Source: an uncultured Pseudomonadota bacterium (GTDB taxonomy: Bacteria; Chloroflexota; UBA5177; JAJPKF01). From it: DNA of 64,000 bases. Both the position numbers and the translations under genes were made by a program. The notes beneath the pieces were generated by a model. The model worked only from the letters and a program-made list of their open reading frames with translations. It made no database searches and was not told the DNA's origin. The stretch covers positions 25,508 through 89,507 of the forward strand of contig CAWCYJ010000022.1 in NCBI GenBank assembly GCA_963799725.1. The letters are read 5' to 3'. Positions 58,359 to 64,000 of the stretch are shown here, piece after piece; the first letter of the stretch is position 1; every line of letters begins with the position of its first letter.

Positions 58359-59402
58359 CTACACAGGCGAGGCGACGAGCTCTGGCTCTGCTGCCTCCTC
58401 GGCCGCTTTCATCGCACTATCGTTCAGATCCCATTGAATCGCACCGGCTCCCCATGTGAGTCCGGCACCAAACCCGACCATCAGGAGTCGGTCCCCTGAA
58501 CGGAGCCGCCCCTGTGACTTCGCCTCGCAGAGAGCTATAGGTATCGAGGCGCTTGAGGTGTTGCCGTACTTCTCAATGTTTATGAAGCACCGTTCCCGGG
58601 GGAAGTGCAGCCTGTTGAGGGCGGAGTCAATGATCCGCTCATTGGCTTGGTGAGGGATGAAAAGATCGATGTCCTCTGAAGTGAGGCCCAGCTTATCTAG
58701 CACTTGCCGGGACGACTCCACCACGACACGCGTGGCGAACCGAAATACTTCCGGGCCTGCCATCCGCACCGTGTGCAGACGGTCACGGACTGTTTCGTCT
58801 GCGGCCGGCCGGCTGCTGCCGCCCGCGGGAACATAGAGTGCCTGCGCGCCGGCCCCATCGGACCCCAGGATAAACGTTGGATCGAAGTCTCCCGCTTCAG
58901 TTGCCGACACGACGACTGCCCCTGCGCCGTCTCCAAACAGGACGCAGGTGCTTCGATCGGTCCAATCGAGAATTCTCGACAGTACCTCAGTTCCTATGAC
59001 GAGGACGTTGGACTGCGCGCCACATGCCACCATACTCGCGGCCATAGCGAGTGCGTACATGAAAGACGTGCATCCAGCTTCGACATCGAACGCGCCCCCC
59101 GTGATGCCAAGCGCATTCTGTACGAGACACGCCGTGGCAGGGAACAAGAAGTCGGGAGTTGCGGTGCCAACGATTACAAGGCCGACGTCCTCGGGGCCGA
59201 TGCCCGCGTCCACCAACGCTTGCCGCCCGGCTATGATCCCCATGGACGATGAGGTCTCATCGTCCGCGGCGATGTGTCGCTCTTTGATTCCTGTTCTTTG
59301 TGTTATCCACTCGTCACTCGTATCGACCATGGCCTCGAGATCCTGGTTGGTAAGCACGCGCTTGGGGACATACATCCCACAGCCGCTGACGGTCGCCCTC
59401 AT
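58359..59402 (-). CDS. fabH: Beta-ketoacyl-ACP synthase III
   Basis: Catalytic triad context EAGCTSF, IPHQAN and GNTSSASIP. ATGA-coupled to the upstream BCCP gene. Confidence 0.9.
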   Translation of the reverse strand: MRATVSGCGMYVPKRVLTNQDLEAMVDTSDEWITQRTGIKERHIAADDETSSSMGIIAGRQALVDAGIGPEDVGLVIVGTATPDFLFPATACLVQNALGITGGAFDVEAGCTSFMYALAMAASMVACGAQSNVLVIGTEVLSRILDWTDRSTCVLFGDGAGAVVVSATEAGDFDPTFILGSDGAGAQALYVPAGGSSRPAADETVRDRLHTVRMAGPEVFRFATRVVVESSRQVLDKLGLTSEDIDLFIPHQANERIIDSALNRLHFPRERCFINIEKYGNTSSASIPIALCEAKSQGRLRSGDRLLMVGFGAGLTWGAGAIQWDLNDSAMKAAEEAAEPELVASPV

Positions 59403-59842
59403 CCCTCTTCTCCTTTCTCGGGCCGCACACCGATCAGCTCCTGGCCCTTCTCTACCAAATCACCCTCTTGCACAGCGATGACTTCCACGGTACCGGCCAC
59501 CTCGGACAGCACCTCGTTGAACAGCTTCATGGTTTCGATGAGACCCACCGTCTGACCAACTGCTAGAGCATCACCGACTGCAATGAACGGTGGCTGGTCC
59601 GGCGCAGATCTCGCATAATATACGCCGGTGAGAGGCGCTGTTATCGCCACTGTATCAACCGGACCAGCGACGGTTCCCTGGGCTTGAGAGTCGGTTATGC
59701 CGGCTGGGTCTTGGGTGACTCGAACACGGATCGATCTCCAGACTAGCTCGAGGTGCTCGACATCCGTTTCCTCGATACTTTGCAGGATGGCGCGAACGGT
59801 CTCCACCGGAAGGCCCAGCGCTTCATGCTCTTCCTGGCTCAA
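59399..59842 (-). CDS. accB: Biotin carboxyl carrier protein (biotinyl domain)
   Basis: Biotinylation motif IETMKLFNEV. I propose TTG 59842 as the start, giving (M)SQEEHEALGL. The track ORF extends to 59947, overlapping fabF. Confidence 0.75.
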   Translation of the reverse strand: MSQEEHEALGLPVETVRAILQSIEETDVEHLELVWRSIRVRVTQDPAGITDSQAQGTVAGPVDTVAITAPLTGVYYARSAPDQPPFIAVGDALAVGQTVGLIETMKLFNEVLSEVAGTVEVIAVQEGDLVEKGQELIGVRPEKGEEG

Positions 59843-59894
59843 CGAAGGGAGTGCTGCATTCCAGAAGATCTCGACCGATGGATTGGGTGGCTGG

Positions 59895-61136
59895 TCATGC
59901 CGCCCGAAAGATGAGGGATACGTTGTGGCCACCAAAGCCGAAGGCATTGCTCATGGCAGTTTCTACCTTGGAGGCCCGAGCCTGGTTTGGAACATAATCG
60001 AGGTCGCACTCGGGGTCGGGATGATGATAGTTGATGGTTGGAGGAATGCAGCCGGTGCGGATAGTCTGGATGGCAAAAACGGCTTCCGCTGCACCTGCGG
60101 CTCCCATCATGTGACCCGTCATCGATTTTGTTGAGCTCACCGCAAGCTTGCCTGCGGCGTCCCCAAATGCAGCTCGCACTCCTGCCGACTCGGCTCGATC
60201 GTTTCCGGGAGTGCTGGTTCCATGAGCGTTGAGATAATCGATCTCATCGGGCGAGATTTCGGCTTGCTGCATCGCCATGCTCATTGCTCGGCCTGCCCCC
60301 TCACCCCCTGGGGCGGGATCCGTGATGTGATTGGCGTCGGCTGTTGAGCCGTAACCAATGATCTCGGCCAGGGGCTCAGCTCCGCGATTCATTGCGGCCT
60401 CGTACTCTTCGAGGACAAGAATTCCGGCTCCCTCCGCCATAACGAAGCCATCTCGCGTAGCGTCGAAGGGGCGACTTGCACCCTGAGGATCGTCGTTTCG
60501 CGTTGAGAGCGCTCGCATATTGGAGAAGCCCGCGAGGCCAATCGGGACGATGGGAGCTTCTGCACCACCCGCAATCATTGCGTCGGCCTGGCCCCGCCGG
60601 ATGATCTCGGCGGCCTCGCCGATGGCGTGAGCCCCCGTGGCGCATGCCGAGACGATGGCAAAGTTCGGCCCCTTGGCCCCAAGAAGTATCGACACCTGGC
60701 CGGGAGCTAGATCCGGCACCATCTGAGTGATGAGGAACGGGCTAATCCTGTCAGGGCCGCGCTCGTGAAGCAGTTTGAATTGATCGCTTAGCGACTGGAT
60801 ACCCCCGATGCCCGACCCAATCAGCACTCCTATCCGTTCGGCATTGCTCTGCTCTATCTCGAGTCCGGCCTGCGTGAGAGCTTCAATCGTCGCTGCGAAA
60901 GCATAGTGTTGGAATGGATCCATCCTTCGAGCCGACTTCCGATCCATGACGGTTGAAACATCGAAATCCTTTAGCTCTCCTGCAATATGCACCGGAAAAG
61001 CCGAGGTGTCAAAAACGCTAATTTCGCCGATTCCCGACTCGCCGCGAACAAGCGCTTCCCATGTCCTGCAGACAGAGTTACCTAGTGGAGACAAAACTCC
61101 CGTCCCCGTGACGACTACTCTCCTGGTCCTACTCAC
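59895..61136 (-). CDS. fabF: Beta-ketoacyl-ACP synthase II
   Basis: Active-site motifs VSACATGAHAIG, NAHGTSTP and GHMMGAAG. GTG start after GAGGTGAGGG. Confidence 0.9.
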   Translation of the reverse strand: MSRTRRVVVTGTGVLSPLGNSVCRTWEALVRGESGIGEISVFDTSAFPVHIAGELKDFDVSTVMDRKSARRMDPFQHYAFAATIEALTQAGLEIEQSNAERIGVLIGSGIGGIQSLSDQFKLLHERGPDRISPFLITQMVPDLAPGQVSILLGAKGPNFAIVSACATGAHAIGEAAEIIRRGQADAMIAGGAEAPIVPIGLAGFSNMRALSTRNDDPQGASRPFDATRDGFVMAEGAGILVLEEYEAAMNRGAEPLAEIIGYGSTADANHITDPAPGGEGAGRAMSMAMQQAEISPDEIDYLNAHGTSTPGNDRAESAGVRAAFGDAAGKLAVSSTKSMTGHMMGAAGAAEAVFAIQTIRTGCIPPTINYHHPDPECDLDYVPNQARASKVETAMSNAFGFGGHNVSLIFRAA

Positions 61137-61205
61137 CGCACCCTCACCTCACGTCTTGAGGATAAAATCCCACTTGACCGGTACATCCCCCCGAACCTCG
61201 ACCAC

Positions 61206-62081
61206 TTAACCAGTTGCCGAGCATAGACTCTTCTGCTCGAAGGACCGAACTCGTGCCACGACCTCATCTACGACCCAGTCGGGAGTTGAGGCTCCGGCAG
61301 TGATGCCAACACGGTCTGCGTTCTGGAGCCACTCGACCTCAAGGTCTTCGACACGCTGCACCTGGTAGGCCCGTGCTCCTTCCTCCTCAGCCGCCTGCAC
61401 GAGCTTTCGCGTGTTTGCGCTCTGTTGACCTCCAACAGCTATCACGACGTCTACATCCCTAGCAAGGGCTCGCACTGCTCGCTGGCGTTCCTTCGTTGGC
61501 TTGCAAATGGTGTTGATTACCCTGATCTCCACGCCTCTTGCAACCATCTCACCCACCAGCTTCTGTGCCAGCGCAATGAAGAGCTCGACATTTGAGGTAC
61601 TCTGCGCGATTAGAGCGACTCGACGAGTTGGCTCCCAACCGTTCAGATCCTCCATCTTCTTGATCACCTTTGCCCGTCCGTCAGTCCAGCCAACAATGCC
61701 TTTCACTTCTTTGTGATTTGCATCGCCATACACTAAGACCGAGTACCTTTGGGTCACGAGATCTAGGGCGGTCTTTTGGATTCGCGTCACGAGCGGACAC
61801 GTAGTGTCAATGACCTTTAGGCCTCGCTCCTCTGCTCGGCGCTCGAAGTCGGGAGGCGCACCGTGAGCGGTGATCGCAACCATAGCTCCTTCCGGGGCCT
61901 CGTCCAGGTCGTCGATAACGTGTACGTTGATCTTCTCGAGCTCTTCGGCGACCTGGGGGTTATGGACGATGGCTCCGAGAGTGTAAACGGTTTGGCCGTT
62001 CTCTCCTAGCTCCCGGACGACATCGATCGCGTCCCTGACTCCGAAGCAGAACCCCATGGCCGTAGCCCTAACAATCTCCAT
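61206..62081 (-). CDS. ispH: 4-hydroxy-3-methylbut-2-enyl diphosphate reductase
   Basis: N-terminus AMGFCFGVRDAI, plus the cysteine ligands DTTCPLV and NTICKPT. Confidence 0.9.
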   Translation of the reverse strand: MEIVRATAMGFCFGVRDAIDVVRELGENGQTVYTLGAIVHNPQVAEELEKINVHVIDDLDEAPEGAMVAITAHGAPPDFERRAEERGLKVIDTTCPLVTRIQKTALDLVTQRYSVLVYGDANHKEVKGIVGWTDGRAKVIKKMEDLNGWEPTRRVALIAQSTSNVELFIALAQKLVGEMVARGVEIRVINTICKPTKERQRAVRALARDVDVVIAVGGQQSANTRKLVQAAEEEGARAYQVQRVEDLEVEWLQNADRVGITAGASTPDWVVDEVVARVRSFEQKSLCSATG

Positions 62082-63388
62082 ACAGGCGACTCACCACTCC
62101 TCGTTTTGGACCAGCCCATTGTACCGGTAGCCGGTTCGCGCGCCTTGTCAAGAGCCCAAAGAGCCACGATGATTACACCTACCAAGACAAAGAGGTGAAT
62201 ATGCGTGAAAGGGTAGACGACTGGATCGACCCAGGGCGCAAGAAGAGCAGGTACGGCCAGTCTCCGCATACCGGCTGCAAGGGCGACCATCGATCCTGGA
62301 TACACAAGGGCGAGGTCATGGAAGAGCAAATGGTTGGCAACAAGCAATGTCACCACCGTTACGGGGAGCCAGGCGATGGATCCCCTTCCCATAGTCCGAA
62401 CGAGAACGATGATTAGGACGCCGCTGAGTGCCAAGCCAAGCCCCGTAGGCAGGCGGCCGTACCCGAATAGCGCATGCATCTGTGACATGAGCGAAAAGTT
62501 GAATCGCGATCCCCAGTCGTGCTGCGTTGTCCACCCCGCCGCATCCATCATCATGCGAACAAAGCCGCTATAGGCATCGAATCCTCCCGATAAGAGTCCC
62601 AATACCAATGCCGCGGAGAGTCCGAGCGAGATCGCAGTCAACTCTCGGCCACGCCAGCGAACCAAGATCAAGATCGCCGGCACTACTAGGAATTGAGGTT
62701 TCATCGAGAGGATGAATACTCCACCCGCCATTCCTAGAACTTGCAGTAAGTGGCTTCGGTCAGAGGCTCCAATTCGGTGGTCTCCGAAGCCTAGAAGCAC
62801 CAGTACGAGTCCTAGCACGATTAGGCCGGAGTTCTCACCCTGTAATGTGCCGATCACAAGTGGAAGGCAACCCAGGAAACCAACAGTGGCCAGCAGTCGA
62901 GCGGAGGGTTGAAGATGTCTGATCGTTAAGAGCGCTGCGAGCACAAAGGCGCTAAGGTTCAGGATGGTCCAGACCATAAAGGCGCGATGGAGGGAGGTGT
63001 GTGCGAGCAAGCCGAGAAACCAGGCGAAGTGCGGCGGATTGAGAAACGGTAGGTGGGAGAGAACGGCGCGATGAGAAATGCCGCGTTCGATGGGATGAAT
63101 TGCCGCTAGACTGTAGGCAGCGGCCTCCTTCCCTGCAGCGGTCAGGCGACCCGCGGCGTAGAACACCACGAAGTCGGTATGTTGCGGTGTAGCGAGGCGC
63201 TTGAGCCAGGCGACCCCAAAGGTGAGGCTTCCCAGTGCAGTCAGGACAATGACGCAATGGGTGGTGAGCCAGCCAAGGTGCCCTCTCGTAGTGGTCGGCT
63301 TCACGGAGTGGACGGGGCTGGCAATCATGACTCGACCAAAGGAGACGACAGCACACTTATAGTCGAGCCGGAAAGTTGATTCGAACAA
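62006..63388 (-). CDS. Polytopic membrane protein, GT-C-like (DUF2029/GT87-type glycosyltransferase)
   Basis: About 11 hydrophobic segments with a general GT87/DUF2029 look. The start is probably the internal MIASPVHS. The 3' end overlaps the ispH start by 76 nt. Confidence 0.5.
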   Translation of the reverse strand: MFESTFRLDYKCAVVSFGRVMIASPVHSVKPTTTRGHLGWLTTHCVIVLTALGSLTFGVAWLKRLATPQHTDFVVFYAAGRLTAAGKEAAAYSLAAIHPIERGISHRAVLSHLPFLNPPHFAWFLGLLAHTSLHRAFMVWTILNLSAFVLAALLTIRHLQPSARLLATVGFLGCLPLVIGTLQGENSGLIVLGLVLVLLGFGDHRIGASDRSHLLQVLGMAGGVFILSMKPQFLVVPAILILVRWRGRELTAISLGLSAALVLGLLSGGFDAYSGFVRMMMDAAGWTTQHDWGSRFNFSLMSQMHALFGYGRLPTGLGLALSGVLIIVLVRTMGRGSIAWLPVTVVTLLVANHLLFHDLALVYPGSMVALAAGMRRLAVPALLAPWVDPVVYPFTHIHLFVLVGVIIVALWALDKAREPATGTMGWSKTRSGESPVWRLLGLRPWGSASESGTRSMSSGS

Positions 63389-63478
63389 TCGCCTGAAGGT
63401 ACCGACGTGCCGTCGCGTATTGAAGGCTGCTAGGCGAACTGGGGAAATTCGTTCCGGCTCTTCCGAGTAGCCGAACCT

Positions 63479-64000
63479 CTACGGCAACCCTTTGGTCGGC
63501 GCTTCACGGAAGGAAGAGACAGGATGCCCGAAATGTCGAGCTCCGTCTTCGAGACTGTGACCAGCTATAAAATGCTTAGCTTTTCGCCAGTCTGACTGGA
63601 ATGTCTTCTCGACAGTCTTTGCCTGTCCTCCTCCCAGCATGATTCCCAGCTCCCGGTTGTGATCAAGCGATGTGGAAGAGATGTTTTCGGAGCCAAGAAA
63701 CAGGCGAGTACCATCGGCCACGATGGCTTTCGCGTGGATGTAAGGCTCATTGAGGATCTCAACTTGCACGTGGTGCGAGACGAGACGGGATACTCCGCTT
63801 CCTTTGTTCGAGGTTATAAGGCGAACGCGAACTTTCCTCTTTTCGGCCGAAATTAGATGGGATTCGAAAGAGGAGTCCTCCATCTCCTCTTCATAGAGGT
63901 CGAGCGTGTGCTTAGCCGAATCAACGAGATGGGTAAGGGACGACCGGGCGTTGATCGGGCTGACGACTAAACGGCGATCGCTTAGGTGTGCCGGCTTCCG
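63479..64000 (-). CDS. Phospholipase D-family (HKD) protein, 5'-truncated by the window edge
   Basis: HKD motif HAKAIVADGTRLFLGSENIS. The frame stays open from 63883 up to position 64000 (RKPAHLSDRRLVVSPINARSSLTHLVDSAKHTLDLYEEE...). Confidence 0.7.
   Translation of the reverse strand, partial: RKPAHLSDRRLVVSPINARSSLTHLVDSAKHTLDLYEEEMEDSSFESHLISAEKRKVRVRLITSNKGSGVSRLVSHHVQVEILNEPYIHAKAIVADGTRLFLGSENISSTSLDHNRELGIMLGGGQAKTVEKTFQSDWRKAKHFIAGHSLEDGARHFGHPVSSFREAPTKGLP

Noticed and set aside
62006-62081. The 76-nt overlap between the 3' end of the GT87-like membrane protein gene and the ispH start, considered as a possible further frameshift.
   Set aside because: The membrane protein's last TM helix ends well before the overlap, and the tail is simply read-through to the next stop. 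The ispH N-terminus (MEIVRATAMGFCFGV) with its RBS is intact, and no alternative frame continues a protein-like sequence.

Overview
This is a gene-dense, moderately GC-rich (judged by eye, not computed) bacterial chromosomal segment. I call about 60 protein-coding genes on both strands and three tRNA genes. I saw no rRNA, CRISPR array, transposase, integrase or recognisable defence island.

Gene content is mainly housekeeping:
- Cell envelope: class A PBP, signal peptidase I, a GT87-like membrane protein, and secreted GH5 and beta-helix proteins.
- Amino-acid metabolism: gdh, an AspC-like aminotransferase, tdh-kbl, pepA, arginase, glyA.
- Replication and repair: dnaE followed directly by an NHEJ locus (ku, ligD), plus a 5'-3' exonuclease and an HhH-GPD protein.
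- A large acyl-CoA catabolic block: etfBA, three acyl-CoA dehydrogenases, thiolase, and meaB with a split methylmalonyl-CoA mutase.
- Lipid and isoprenoid genes: fabF-accB-fabH, ispH.
- Molybdenum cofactor (moeA) and selenocysteine machinery.

Points worth a second look:
1. A hand-folded tRNA-Sec (selC) at 4621-4721, invisible to the ORF track, with selA about 33 kb away.
2. selA and moeA both encode conserved N-termini upstream of any ATG/GTG/TTG. In each case the only plausible start is a CTG inside a CTGA overlap with the upstream gene's stop codon.
3. Three genes (an epimerase, etfA and a membrane protein) are each broken by a frame change that the same +1 shift repairs.
4. A pair of paralogous small proteins, each beside a DNA-repair gene.
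5. A shortened gamma-glutamyltransferase homologue lacking the nucleophile threonine.
6. A roughly 1.2-kb stretch (40.7-41.9 kb) that I cannot annotate.

I did not find a convincing novel multi-gene system. All calls rest on motif recognition by eye; no searches were run.
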